Shown: positions 47,628-56,986, counted from the first letter of the stretch. The stretch is 64,000 nucleotides of DNA from an uncultured Gemmatimonadaceae bacterium (GCA_964449145.1 CAYUYF010000001.1:64166-128165), one strand, 5' to 3'. A program made the numbers and translations. The notes: generated by a model not told the origin, from the sequence alone.

Positions 47628-48576
47628 CCGGCTCGACACGCTCGCCTCCGCCACGCTGTGGCCTGTGCTGCTTCCTCTCCTCGCCCTGCTCCTCGCCGAT
47701 ACACTCGCCATCCAGGTGGGCCTGGTGTCGGTCGTGGCGCCCCCGGAGCTGCAGGCGCTGGCGGTCTCGCTGGCGGAGCAGGCGGAGCGCCCGGTCGAGT
47801 GGCCGGGACTGGGGCAGCGGGTTCCACCACCCTTCACCCTGATCATGGCTTCCGATTCCGCCGCCCTGGCCCGGCTCACCCGGGGCCGGGCCCCGGGCTG
47901 GGGCGCGGCGGTGGCCATTCCCAGCGCCCGGCGGATCTACCTGCGGGCCGACCTGCCGAACCTGGCGCACACCCTCCGCCACGAGGTGGCGCATCTGGTC
48001 CTGCGCGACGCCGTGCGGGCCCGGACACCCCTGTGGTTCGACGAGGGCTACGCCGCGTGGGCCTCCGGTGAACTGGAACGCTTCGCGACGCTCGAGTTGA
48101 ACCTGGCTGTGGCCGCGGGCCGGCTGCCCACCTTGCCGCAACTGGACGCCATGCTCCGCAGCTCTGCCGCCACGGCGGACCTGGCGTACGCCCTTGCGGC
48201 GAGCGCGGTGCTGGAACTGTCACGGCGCCAGCCGGCAGGAGCGCTCGAGCGGGTGATGGCCGGGCTGGTGCCCGGCGCGACGTTTTATGGCGCCCTGGAG
48301 CAGGCGACTGGACTGAACGAGAGTGCCTTCGAACGCGCCTGGCACCAGGGGTTGCGGCGCCGCTACAGCCTGCTCACCTGGCTGGCCGCCGGGGGGCTCT
48401 GGCTCCTGGTGGCCGCCGGGGTGGTGGCCGTCGCTTTGAACCGCAAACGCCGGGAGGCGCCGCGCCGGGCCGCGCTGGACTGGGGCTGGCCGGGACCGGA
48501 AGAATCCATCACCCTGGACGGTGCCGGTCCCGCCCCCCCGGGCGGCCCCGTTGACCCCGGGGCACCGAGGCAGTAA
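47608..48576 (+). CDS. Membrane-anchored MA-clan (Peptidase_MA_2-like) putative zinc metallopeptidase
   Basis: HExxH in 'LRHEVAHLVLRD', followed 19 aa later by 'WFDEGYAAWASGE' (gluzincin-type third ligand). It has an N-terminal hydrophobic segment and a C-terminal TM, 'LLTWLAAGGLWLLVAAGVVAVAL'. The ATG overlaps the upstream TPR gene by 20 nt. Confidence 0.6.
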   Translation: MASRPASRLDTLASATLWPVLLPLLALLLADTLAIQVGLVSVVAPPELQALAVSLAEQAERPVEWPGLGQRVPPPFTLIMASDSAALARLTRGRAPGWGAAVAIPSARRIYLRADLPNLAHTLRHEVAHLVLRDAVRARTPLWFDEGYAAWASGELERFATLELNLAVAAGRLPTLPQLDAMLRSSAATADLAYALAASAVLELSRRQPAGALERVMAGLVPGATFYGALEQATGLNESAFERAWHQGLRRRYSLLTWLAAGGLWLLVAAGVVAVALNRKRREAPRRAALDWGWPGPEESITLDGAGPAPPGGPVDPGAPRQ

Positions 48577-48587
48577 GCTCAACTCCC

Positions 48588-48779
48588 ATGCCAAGTTCCG
48601 ACTCAACTACTCCCGGGCGGCAGCTCAGGTTCGGCTCCCGGAACGTGATGCTATTGGGGGCGGCGCTCGTCTCCCTGATCGCGGGCTACCTCTGGCTTCA
48701 GGCCGGTGGTACCACCGGTGCGGCCGCCCTGCTCGTTCTGGGCTACTGCGTCCTCTTTCCGCTGGGGATCGCCCTGTAG
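48588..48779 (+). CDS. Small two-TM membrane protein (hypothetical)
   Basis: 63 aa with the hydrophobic segments 'VMLLGAALVSLIAGYLWL' and 'AAALLVLGYCVLFPLGIAL'. No family assigned. Confidence 0.45.
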   Translation: MPSSDSTTPGRQLRFGSRNVMLLGAALVSLIAGYLWLQAGGTTGAAALLVLGYCVLFPLGIAL

Positions 48780-48849
48780 CGCCGATGCGCATGTTTTCCC
48801 CGTTCGATCGTCTCTCGCCTGGTTGGGCCGGCGGGAAGGGTTCCTGTCC

Positions 48850-48924
48850 GGGCGAATAGCTCAGCTGGTCCAGAGCGCCTGCCTTACACGCAGGATGTCG
48901 GGGGTTCGAATCCCTCTTCGCCCA
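48850..48924 (+). tRNA. tRNA-Val (anticodon TAC)
   Basis: Acceptor GGGCGAA/TTCGCCC, D stem GCTC/GAGC, anticodon stem CCTGC/GCAGG with loop CTTACAC, T arm GGGGG-TTCGAAT-CCCTC. No encoded CCA. Confidence 0.9.
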
Positions 48925-48992
48925 TTTCAGATAACACCGGCCCGGAGGCAGCACTCGGCCGCGCTGGGTCCCCCAACTTGCGGAGATCGTTG

Positions 48993-50711
48993 ATGCGACT
49001 GGTCCGTCTGCTCACCCTGACCCTGCTCGTGACCGGGACGTCCGTTGTGACGGCCCAGATCCCCACCCGTCGGCCCACGCAGACGCAGGCTGCTGCCGCA
49101 CGGATCCTCGTCGGCAATCCGCATACGTTCAACGCCCGGGATTCGGTGTCCGCGGTCGCCATTGGGGATGGCATCCGGACCCGTCTCGACAAGATCTCGG
49201 GGAGAGACTTCCGGGTGCTCAGCCGGGCCGACATGAACGAAGCCCTGGTGCAGTTCGGATACCCGGTGGATGCCATTCTCGCCGCGCTCCCGGCCCGCAA
49301 CCTGGCCCAGTCCCTGAACGCCCGCCTCCTGCTGGTCTCCACCCTGACCCGCAACCAGGCCGGCCTGTACACGGTGACCGCGCGGCTGGCCGGGATCAAC
49401 GACGATGCGGGGAACGTGGTGACGCAGACCCAGGCGACGGCCCAGCCACTGGCTGACCTCGGCGCCAAGGTCAGCGACGGTTTCGCTCCGGCCCTCAAGG
49501 CGTTCTCCGATGCGAAGGCCTGCGTGGACCTGACCCGGACCGAACCAGAGAAGGCGGCGGTCGCAGCGAAGAAGGCACTCGTCACGATGCCCAGGCATGG
49601 CCTCGCCAACTTCTGCCTGGGACAGCTCGCCCTGGCTCGCGGCCGCAAGGCCGACAGTGCGGAGGCGATGCAATACTTCCAGGTTGCGGTCACAGGGGAC
49701 CCGCTGAGCCTCGCGGCGTGGACCCAGCTCGCGGCCGGCCGGGAGGCCGCTGGTGACACGGTGCAGACGATCGAAGCGCTCAAGCAGATGCTGCGCATCG
49801 CCCCGACCAACCAGCCGCTGCGCGAGCTCGCCTTCAAGAAGTTCCTCAGTTATGGCAAGCCGGAGATCGCCGAGGAAGTGGCCAACGACGGGCTGGAGCT
49901 CGACCCGACCAACATCGATCTGCTGGAGCTGCGCGCCAATGCCCGGATCTTTCGCGAGAACTACTCCGGGGCCCTGGACGATCTGGAACAGATCATCGCA
50001 CTGGATTCAACCCGCGCCGACAGCACCTTCTACGTGAAGTTCCTGGTGACGGCCAGCCAGAAGCCGGACACCGCCCGCCTGGTGCGCTGGTCCTCCCAGG
50101 GGCTGAAGAAGTTCCCGGACAACCTCACCATCCTCCAGCAGGTGACCGGGGCCTACTCCCAGCTGGGCATGGCGGACAGCCTGCTCGGGGCCATGAACCT
50201 GCTGCTCCGGGTAGACACGGCATCCGCGGTGGGCCTCGCCCTGCAGGAGGCCAAGACGCGGCAGGACAACAAGCTGTTCGCGGAGGCGATGCCGTTCCTC
50301 GACTTCGCGGCCCAGCATGGCGATGCTCAGGCCAGGGAAAGCGCTGCCGGCCTGCTCCTCAACGGGACCCTGCCGATGCTCCAGCCCCCCCAACAGGATT
50401 TCCAGGGGGCCGCCGCCGGGCTCAGGCGGGTGATCCAGCTGGCGGATCCCGCCGGACGGTATGCGCCCATCGCCAGTCACTTCCTCGGCCTGTCGCTGGT
50501 GAACATCATCAGTGGTCTCGATACCGAGGCGGAGAAGCAGAAGTCCTGCGACCTGGCGCGGCAGGTGGAGGCCACCACACTGGAGGCCGAGACGGCACTC
50601 GCTGCGGCGACGGCCTACACCGCCCAGGAGGAGGCGCGGACCCGGCTGCTGCAGTACCTTGGCGGCCTCAAGCCCAGGACCGCCTCCATGATCCGAGTCT
50701 ACTGCAAGTAG
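48993..50711 (+). CDS. Secreted TPR-like repeat protein
   Basis: Signal peptide 'MRLVRLLTLTLLVTGTSVVTAQ' from ATG 48993. The rest is a helical-repeat body ('LANFCLGQLALARGRKADSAEAMQYFQVAVTGDP', 'NIDLLELRANARIFRENYSGALDDLEQIIALD'). Function unknown. Confidence 0.7.
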   Translation: MRLVRLLTLTLLVTGTSVVTAQIPTRRPTQTQAAAARILVGNPHTFNARDSVSAVAIGDGIRTRLDKISGRDFRVLSRADMNEALVQFGYPVDAILAALPARNLAQSLNARLLLVSTLTRNQAGLYTVTARLAGINDDAGNVVTQTQATAQPLADLGAKVSDGFAPALKAFSDAKACVDLTRTEPEKAAVAAKKALVTMPRHGLANFCLGQLALARGRKADSAEAMQYFQVAVTGDPLSLAAWTQLAAGREAAGDTVQTIEALKQMLRIAPTNQPLRELAFKKFLSYGKPEIAEEVANDGLELDPTNIDLLELRANARIFRENYSGALDDLEQIIALDSTRADSTFYVKFLVTASQKPDTARLVRWSSQGLKKFPDNLTILQQVTGAYSQLGMADSLLGAMNLLLRVDTASAVGLALQEAKTRQDNKLFAEAMPFLDFAAQHGDAQARESAAGLLLNGTLPMLQPPQQDFQGAAAGLRRVIQLADPAGRYAPIASHFLGLSLVNIISGLDTEAEKQKSCDLARQVEATTLEAETALAAATAYTAQEEARTRLLQYLGGLKPRTASMIRVYCK

Positions 50712-50854
50712 CCCGAATCCGAATATTGCGAGGGGAGTGCGGGGGTCGAGTCGCGCCGAACCGGCGCCCCGACTCCTGCCACGCGCCCCAGGTGGCGTGG
50801 CTTGGCCCACTACCGTCTGTCTGGGCCTCTCCCTATATTGCTCGCCCGCAGCAG

Positions 50855-50929
50855 GGGGCTGTAGCTCAGCTTGGTTAGAGTGCCGCACTGTCACTGCGGA
50901 GGTCGCGGGTTCGAGCCCCGTCAGCCCCG
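50855..50929 (+). tRNA. tRNA-Asp (anticodon GTC)
   Basis: Acceptor GGGGCTG/CAGCCCC, D stem GCTC/GAGT (G10-U25), anticodon stem CCGCA/TGCGG with loop CTGTCAC, T arm GCGGG-TTCGAGC-CCCGT. A TATATT box at 50834-50839 lies 15 nt upstream. Confidence 0.9.
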
Positions 50930-50939
50930 TTTTTCTCGG

Positions 50940-50977
50940 CACCCCGTCCGCAGCCGCGGCCGGGGTGTCGTCGTTTT
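50940..50977 (+). terminator. Rho-independent terminator-like hairpin between tRNA-Asp and rsmH
   Basis: CACCCCGTCCGC-AGCC-GCGGCCGGGGTG, a 12-bp stem with one mismatch, followed by TCGTCGTTTT. The tRNA itself is also followed directly by TTTTT (50930-50934). Confidence 0.5.
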
Positions 50978-50999
50978 CTCCCCTCTTCCACGGTACGCC

Positions 51000-51914
51000 A
51001 TGACCTGGACCGGGCCGTACCATCTCCCCGTACTTCCGGCGGCCGTTCACAAACTCGCTGAGGGCAGCCGCCGCGCCGTGGACTGCACCCTGGGTGGGGG
51101 TGGGCATGCGGAGCTGCTGCGTGCAGCCGGTGCCGAGGTTTTGGGAATCGACCGGGACCCTTCCGCCGTGGAGGCCGCGCACGCCCGGCTGGGGGATTCC
51201 GGGATGCGGTACCTGCAGGCGCCCTATGCCAGTCCGGAGGCGCTGTCCGCGATCGGCGACTTTCAGCCCGACCTGATTCTGCTGGACCTCGGGGTCTCCT
51301 CCCACCAGCTGGATGCCGAGAGCAGGGGATTCAGCTTCCGCCCGGGCGCTCCCCTGGACATGCGGATGGACCAGTCGGGAGAGACCGCCGCGGAACTGCT
51401 GAATCGTGCGGGGGAGGGAGAGCTGCGCACCATCTTCGCCGAGTACGGCGACGAGCGCCAGGCGGGGCGGCTGGCTCGGGAGATCGTCCGGCGCCGAGGC
51501 AACCGGCCCTTCGAGACGAGTGATGACCTGGTCAACGCCATCCGTGCCGTGCTCGGTGCGCGGAGCGGTCCGGGAGACTTCGCCCGCCTCTTTCAGGCGG
51601 TGCGGATCGCGGTGAACGACGAACTCCCGGGGCTCCGCCTCGCCCTGCCGGCGATGCGGGAGGCGCTCGTCCCGGGTGGGAAGCTCGCCGTGATCAGTTA
51701 TCATTCTGGGGAGGACCGGATCGCCAAGCACACCCTGCAGGAGTGGGCCAGGGCCTGCATCTGCCCGCCCAAGTCCCCGGTGTGCACCTGCCGTGGGAAG
51801 CCCCTCGGGAGGCTGACGCCGCGCAAGCCGATCCGCCCGGACGACATCGAAATCGCCACTAATCCGAGGGCCCGCAGTGCCACCCTCCGCATCTTCCAGC
51901 AAGCCGAGAGTTAA
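51000..51914 (+). CDS. rsmH: 16S rRNA (cytosine1402-N4)-methyltransferase RsmH (MraW)
   Basis: Starts at ATG 51000 ('MTWTGPYHLPVL'). Contains 'DCTLGGGGHAE', 'LLDLGVSSHQLD', 'ISYHSGEDR' and 'NPRARSATLR'. First gene of the dcw cluster. Confidence 0.93.
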   Translation: MTWTGPYHLPVLPAAVHKLAEGSRRAVDCTLGGGGHAELLRAAGAEVLGIDRDPSAVEAAHARLGDSGMRYLQAPYASPEALSAIGDFQPDLILLDLGVSSHQLDAESRGFSFRPGAPLDMRMDQSGETAAELLNRAGEGELRTIFAEYGDERQAGRLAREIVRRRGNRPFETSDDLVNAIRAVLGARSGPGDFARLFQAVRIAVNDELPGLRLALPAMREALVPGGKLAVISYHSGEDRIAKHTLQEWARACICPPKSPVCTCRGKPLGRLTPRKPIRPDDIEIATNPRARSATLRIFQQAES

Positions 51915-52194
51915 GGGCCGACACTGGGTCCTGCTCTGGCTGGTCGTGTTCCTCGGCGTCGCCGTCGTGGTGCAGGCCCGCCAGGCGTCCGCCATCGGGA
52001 CGGCCACGCGGGTCGGTCAGCTGGTGGAGGAGCGCACCGCACTGGAGGCGGAACTCGCCGGCCTGGAGCGACAGGTCCGGCTGGCCACGGGACGGCGGGT
52101 GCTGGGCGAGCGGGCGGAGCGGGATCTGGGGCTCCACTTTCCCGCCGACTCAGAGTTCATCTTCTTCTACCGGCCATTGGCCGGCGATCGCTGA
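51877..52194 (+). CDS. ftsL: Cell division protein FtsL-like
   Basis: 105 aa. One TM ('HWVLLWLVVFLGVAVVV') is followed by a coiled coil ('LVEERTALEAELAGLERQV'). Its position between rsmH and ftsI supports the call. The GTG start overlaps rsmH by 38 nt and is uncertain. Confidence 0.6.
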   Translation: MPPSASSSKPRVKGRHWVLLWLVVFLGVAVVVQARQASAIGTATRVGQLVEERTALEAELAGLERQVRLATGRRVLGERAERDLGLHFPADSEFIFFYRPLAGDR

Positions 52195-52197
52195 GCC

Positions 52198-54171
52198 ATG
52201 GCCAAGTTCACGGTCCGCCTGACGCTGCTGGAACTGGGCCTGGCCCTGGCCGCGGTGGCGGTGATCGGAAAGGCCGGCCAACTTCAGCTGGTCGAAGGGG
52301 CGAAGTGGCGAGCCGAGGCACGGGAGTCCCGCAGCGAGACGGTCCTGCTTCCCGCCCGGCGGGGCGGCATTTACGACCGCAACGGGGTAGCGCTGGCGGT
52401 GACGCAGGAGTACTTCGGGGTTGGCGTTGCGCCCAACGAGCTGCGAGAGCCCGCCCGGGACGCACGAACCATCGCCCGGGCGCTCGGGCTCCCGCCGGCG
52501 GCGGTCACGCGGGACATCGCCGCCAGGCGATGGGTCAGCTATCGCGGTCCGTTCAGCGGGCTGCAGGTCCAGCCGCTGCGGGAGCTCCGCGGGGTTCACC
52601 TGGACGGCAGCTACGCGCGGCACTATCCGGCCGGACCGCTGGCCCGTGGGGTCATCGGCGCCCTGCGGCCCGATAGTGGCCGGGGCGCCAGCGGACTGGA
52701 GCTGGCACTCGACACCCTGCTCAACGGCGTGCCAGGGCAGGCGGTGGTGCTCAAGGACTTTCGGGGACGACGCTACGCCTCGCCATCGCGACTGGTGGAC
52801 GCCCCGGTGGCCGGCCAGGACGTCATCCTGACCCTCGATGCCGAGCTGCAGGAGATCGCGGAGCGGGCCATCGAGGAGGCCATGGATCGCTATAACGCTA
52901 CCGGCGGCGACATCGTCATGATGGACCCGCGCACCGGCCAACTCCTCGCGCTCGCCTCCCGAATCACCAGCGAGGGCCGTCGAATTGCCGGCAAGGCCTC
53001 CTTCTTCACCGACCCCTTCCAGCCCGGTTCCACCGCGAAGCTCTTCACTGCCGGGGCCCTGCTGTCGCTCGGAAGGGTTGACTCCACGGATGAGGTCTAC
53101 GCCGAGAATGGTGTGTGGGTCATGGAGGTCTCCTCCCGAGGGGTGACGCGGACCATCCACGACGCCCACAAGGTGCCCGGCAACCTGACCCTGGCCGGGG
53201 CAATCAAGCTGTCGAGCAATATCGCGATGGGGAAGTTCAGCCAGCGGCTCTCGGCGACCGAGCAGTACGACGCCATGCGCGACTTCGGCTTTGGCAGCCC
53301 GACTGGGGTGATCTTCCCCTCGGAGGCCCGCGGCACTCTCCGGATGCCGAATCGCTGGGACGGCTACAGCAAGGCGAGCATCGCGATGGGGTACGAGTTC
53401 CAGGTGACGCCGGTGCAGCTGGCTGCGGCCTACGGCGCCATCGCGAATGACGGCATCCTGCTCACCCCCGCGCTGGTGCGGGAGATCCGCGGGGCCGACG
53501 GCCGGGTGCGCTGGCGGCACCAGCCGGAACCGGTGCGCCGGGCGGTGTCTCCACAGGTCGCCCGGACCTTGCGGAACTATCTCCGCGGCGTGGTGGAAGA
53601 GGGAGGCACCGCGGAGTCGGCGCAGCTCAGCAATTACAGTCTGGTAGGCAAGACGGGCACGGCCGTCCGCTTCGACGGCCGGGCGTACGTACCCGGGAGC
53701 TACACCGCCACCTTCGCGGCCATCTTTCCGGCCGACGACCCGATGCTGGTGGTGGTGGTGAAGATTGACGATCCGAAGGGTGCCGCAAGTTATGGCGGGG
53801 AGACCGCGGCACCGCTCACCCGGGCCATGCTGGAGGAGGCGCTGGCCGCGCGCCGGAGTGCGATCGACCGCCGCCGACTCGGCGGACCGGTCCCGGAGGC
53901 CGGCGTGGTCCAGTCTGCGGCCGCCCCCGCCGCCGACCCCGTCAACGCGCCGGTGGTGCTGTCGCTGCCCCTGGCGGCGGCCCCGGTCGAGCGGCCGGGC
54001 CGCCGGGCCGTGCCGAATGTGGCTGGCCTGTCGCTCCGCCGGGCGGCGAGCACGGTTCACCGCCGTGGGTTTCGGGTGGCGATTCACGGCACGGGGCAGG
54101 TGCTCCGGACCATCCCTGCCGGGGGTGACTCCCTGGCTTACGGCGGTACCGTGACGCTCTGGGCCGAATGA
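52198..54171 (+). CDS. ftsI: Penicillin-binding protein (FtsI/PBP3 class B transpeptidase) with C-terminal PASTA domain
   Basis: SxxK 'GSTAKLFT', SxN 'LSSNIAM' and KTG 'GKTGTA'. The C-terminal 'VPNVAGLSLRRAASTVHRRGFRVAIHGTGQVLRTIPAGGDSLAYGGTVTLW' looks like a PASTA unit. Confidence 0.92.
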   Translation: MAKFTVRLTLLELGLALAAVAVIGKAGQLQLVEGAKWRAEARESRSETVLLPARRGGIYDRNGVALAVTQEYFGVGVAPNELREPARDARTIARALGLPPAAVTRDIAARRWVSYRGPFSGLQVQPLRELRGVHLDGSYARHYPAGPLARGVIGALRPDSGRGASGLELALDTLLNGVPGQAVVLKDFRGRRYASPSRLVDAPVAGQDVILTLDAELQEIAERAIEEAMDRYNATGGDIVMMDPRTGQLLALASRITSEGRRIAGKASFFTDPFQPGSTAKLFTAGALLSLGRVDSTDEVYAENGVWVMEVSSRGVTRTIHDAHKVPGNLTLAGAIKLSSNIAMGKFSQRLSATEQYDAMRDFGFGSPTGVIFPSEARGTLRMPNRWDGYSKASIAMGYEFQVTPVQLAAAYGAIANDGILLTPALVREIRGADGRVRWRHQPEPVRRAVSPQVARTLRNYLRGVVEEGGTAESAQLSNYSLVGKTGTAVRFDGRAYVPGSYTATFAAIFPADDPMLVVVVKIDDPKGAASYGGETAAPLTRAMLEEALAARRSAIDRRRLGGPVPEAGVVQSAAAPAADPVNAPVVLSLPLAAAPVERPGRRAVPNVAGLSLRRAASTVHRRGFRVAIHGTGQVLRTIPAGGDSLAYGGTVTLWAE

Positions 54172-55625
54172 ACCGACGCCCTCTCAGCGCCCTGGCGGAG
54201 GCGCTTCAGCGGGATGGCCTGCTGCGTGGACCGGTGACCGGCGAGGTTGAGATCACCGGCGTGACCGCCGACAGCCGGGTGGTGCGGCCGGGGATGCTGT
54301 ATGTGGCCGTGCGGGGCGCTACCGTGGATGGGCATCACTTCGTGGCCGAGGCGGTCAGCCGCGGTGCCGGCGCCGTCGCGACCGAGCAGTTGTCCGGGTC
54401 CGGCGTGGCGGAACTGCTGGTGGAGGATGGCCGGCGCGCGGCCGTGAGCCTGGGCCGGGCCTGGTACGGGGACCCGGGGCGGCGCCTGACCCTGATCGGC
54501 ATCACCGGAACCAACGGGAAGACCACAACCACCGCGCTGGTGCGCCACCTGCTGAACCAGAGCGGCCTGGCCGGGAGCATCGGCACCCTCGGCGCGTTCG
54601 ACGGAGCGGGTGATCCGGTCGAGTCCACGGCGGGGTCCCTCACGACGCCGGGGCCGATCGATCTCCAGGCGACGCTGGCCGACATGGTGGCGCGGGGGGT
54701 GACCCAGGTGGCCATGGAGACCTCCTCGCACAGTCTGGATCAGGGGCGTCTGGATGGGCTGAGCTACGCCGCCGGCGTCTTCACCAATCTGACCCGCGAC
54801 CACCTCGACTACCATGGCACGATGGACGCCTACCTCGCGGCGAAACTCCGGCTGGATGGCCTGCTGGCGCCGGACGGTGTCCAGGTGGTCAACGCCGATG
54901 ATCCCGCGTGGCGGGCACTGCCCCGGGGGCCGCGCCGACTCAGCTTCGGGATCCGCCAGCCCGCCGATGTGACGGCGTCCCAGGTTGTCCTGGATCACTC
55001 CGGGAGCCGTTTTCTCATGGAAACGCCGGCGGGACGGGCCGAGGTGCGGCTGCCCCTGCTGGGAGAGTTCAACGTGGCCAACGCCCTCGCCGCCGCCGCC
55101 GCCGCGCTGGCGCTCGGACTCCCGCCGGAGGCGGTGGCCGCCCGGCTCTCCGCGGCGCCCCAGGTTCCCGGCCGGATGGAACGCCTTGCCGATCAGCCCG
55201 CGGTGATCCTCCGGGATTATGCCCATACCCCCGACGCCCTGGAGCGGGCGCTGGAGGCGCTGCGCCCGCTTACCCCCGGGCGGCTGATCGTGGTCTTTGG
55301 TTGTGGCGGCGACCGGGATCGGGGCAAGCGTCCCGTCATGGGGCGGATCGCCGCGGCCCTGGCGGATCTGGCGGTCGTCACCTCGGACAATCCCCGTACC
55401 GAGGACCCGCTGGCCATCATCACCGAAGTCGAGCAAGGGATGGGACAGGCTTCCCACCATCGGGCGGTGGATCGCCGGGAGGCGATCGCGATGGCGCTGA
55501 CGAGCGCGGGCCCGGGGGACACCGTGCTCCTGGCCGGCAAGGGGCACGAGACCTACCAGGTGGTGGGTACTGAGAAGCTGCCCTTCGACGAACGGGAGAT
55601 CGTCCTGGGGCTGCTCGGGGAATGA
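54168..55625 (+). CDS. murE: UDP-N-acetylmuramoyl-L-alanyl-D-glutamate--2,6-diaminopimelate ligase
   Basis: 'GITGTNGKTTT', 'TNLTRDHLDYHG' and the meso-DAP-specific 'DNPR' in 'VTSDNPRTEDP'. Confidence 0.95.
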   Translation: MNRRPLSALAEALQRDGLLRGPVTGEVEITGVTADSRVVRPGMLYVAVRGATVDGHHFVAEAVSRGAGAVATEQLSGSGVAELLVEDGRRAAVSLGRAWYGDPGRRLTLIGITGTNGKTTTTALVRHLLNQSGLAGSIGTLGAFDGAGDPVESTAGSLTTPGPIDLQATLADMVARGVTQVAMETSSHSLDQGRLDGLSYAAGVFTNLTRDHLDYHGTMDAYLAAKLRLDGLLAPDGVQVVNADDPAWRALPRGPRRLSFGIRQPADVTASQVVLDHSGSRFLMETPAGRAEVRLPLLGEFNVANALAAAAAALALGLPPEAVAARLSAAPQVPGRMERLADQPAVILRDYAHTPDALERALEALRPLTPGRLIVVFGCGGDRDRGKRPVMGRIAAALADLAVVTSDNPRTEDPLAIITEVEQGMGQASHHRAVDRREAIAMALTSAGPGDTVLLAGKGHETYQVVGTEKLPFDEREIVLGLLGE

Positions 55626-56986
55626 TCTGGACCGACGCGGTGATTCGCGAAGCGCTGGAGCCCGCCGGGTACGGGCCGGGTGCGCCGCGACCAGAACTGG
55701 TGTTTGCGGAGGTTTCCACCGATACCCGGACACTCCGCCCCGGCGCGCTGTTCGTAGCGATCAAGGGAGAGCGATTCGATGGCCACGACCACCTGGCCGC
55801 GGCGCGGGCGGCTGGGGCCACGGGTGCGGTGGTCCGTGAGGGCACCAGCGCCGTCGAGGGGCTCACCCTCTACCCGGTGAACGACACCCTCGCGGCGTAC
55901 GGATTCCTGGCGCGGGCCCGGCGGCGTGTACTCAGCGGTCCGGTAGTGGCGATCGGGGGAGCCAACGGGAAGACCAGCACCAAGGAGATGTGCGCCGCCG
56001 CCCTGCGCACCCGGTTCCGGGTGCATGCGACGCCCGCCAACGACAACAATCTTGTCGGGGTGCCGAAGACCATCCTGTCGGCACCGGCCGACACGGAAGC
56101 GCTGGTCATCGAGGCCGGCGCCAGCGTCCGGGGCGAACTCGCGCGGATGCGTCAGCTGGTCGAACCCACGGCGACCATCACCACCAACGTCGCCGTTTCC
56201 CACCTCGATGGCTTCGGGGACCTGGCCGGCGTGCTGGCCGAGGAGCTCGATCTCCTGGATGGGGTGCCACTCGCCGTTGTGGGAACCGAGCCGCCGGCCC
56301 TGGCGGAAGGCGCCCGGCAGCGCGCCGGACGTGTTATTTCCGCCGGTCTCGGCCGAGCGGACCGGGTGGCACAATCGGCCAATGTCGATTCCACCGGGCG
56401 CCCGACGCTCACGGTGGACGGGCAGCGGATCACCCTCCCGCTGCTCGGGCAGCATCAGGCCGCCAATGCCATGCTGGTGTGGGTGCTGGCCGGGGAGCTG
56501 GGACTCGACCCGGCCCGGGTGGCGGAGGCGTTCCGGTCCCTGCGGCTGCCGGGGGGTCGAGGCGAGGTGATCGAGGCCGGCGGGCTGACGATCGTCCACG
56601 ACGCCTACAACGCGAACCCCGCTTCGTTCCTCGCCGCCATCGCCACCGCGCGGGCCATGCGGGGCGGGCGCCGGCTGGTGTTCGTGGCCGGCACCATGCG
56701 GGAACTGGGCACAGAGGCGGCGCGGCACCACGCCGCAGTGGCGGCCGCGCTGATCGGCCTGGAACCCGACCTGCTGGCGGGAGTGGGAGAGTTCGTGCCG
56801 CCGCTGGAGCTGTATCGCGCCCGGCTGGCCGACCGGCTCCTCACCGCGCCCGACGCGCCCGCCCTCGGCCCGCTGCTCCAGTCCCGTCTCCGCGGCGATG
56901 AGCTGATATTCCTGAAGGCATCCCGCGGTGCGCAGCTGGAGCGTATACTTCCGCTTCTCACCGGGCGGGACCACCAGCCACATTGA
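55622..56986 (+). CDS. murF: UDP-N-acetylmuramoyl-tripeptide--D-alanyl-D-alanine ligase
   Basis: 'AIGGANGKTSTKEM', 'ITTNVAVSHLDGFG' and 'DAYNANPAS'. ATGA overlap with murE. Confidence 0.93.
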   Translation: MIWTDAVIREALEPAGYGPGAPRPELVFAEVSTDTRTLRPGALFVAIKGERFDGHDHLAAARAAGATGAVVREGTSAVEGLTLYPVNDTLAAYGFLARARRRVLSGPVVAIGGANGKTSTKEMCAAALRTRFRVHATPANDNNLVGVPKTILSAPADTEALVIEAGASVRGELARMRQLVEPTATITTNVAVSHLDGFGDLAGVLAEELDLLDGVPLAVVGTEPPALAEGARQRAGRVISAGLGRADRVAQSANVDSTGRPTLTVDGQRITLPLLGQHQAANAMLVWVLAGELGLDPARVAEAFRSLRLPGGRGEVIEAGGLTIVHDAYNANPASFLAAIATARAMRGGRRLVFVAGTMRELGTEAARHHAAVAAALIGLEPDLLAGVGEFVPPLELYRARLADRLLTAPDAPALGPLLQSRLRGDELIFLKASRGAQLERILPLLTGRDHQPH

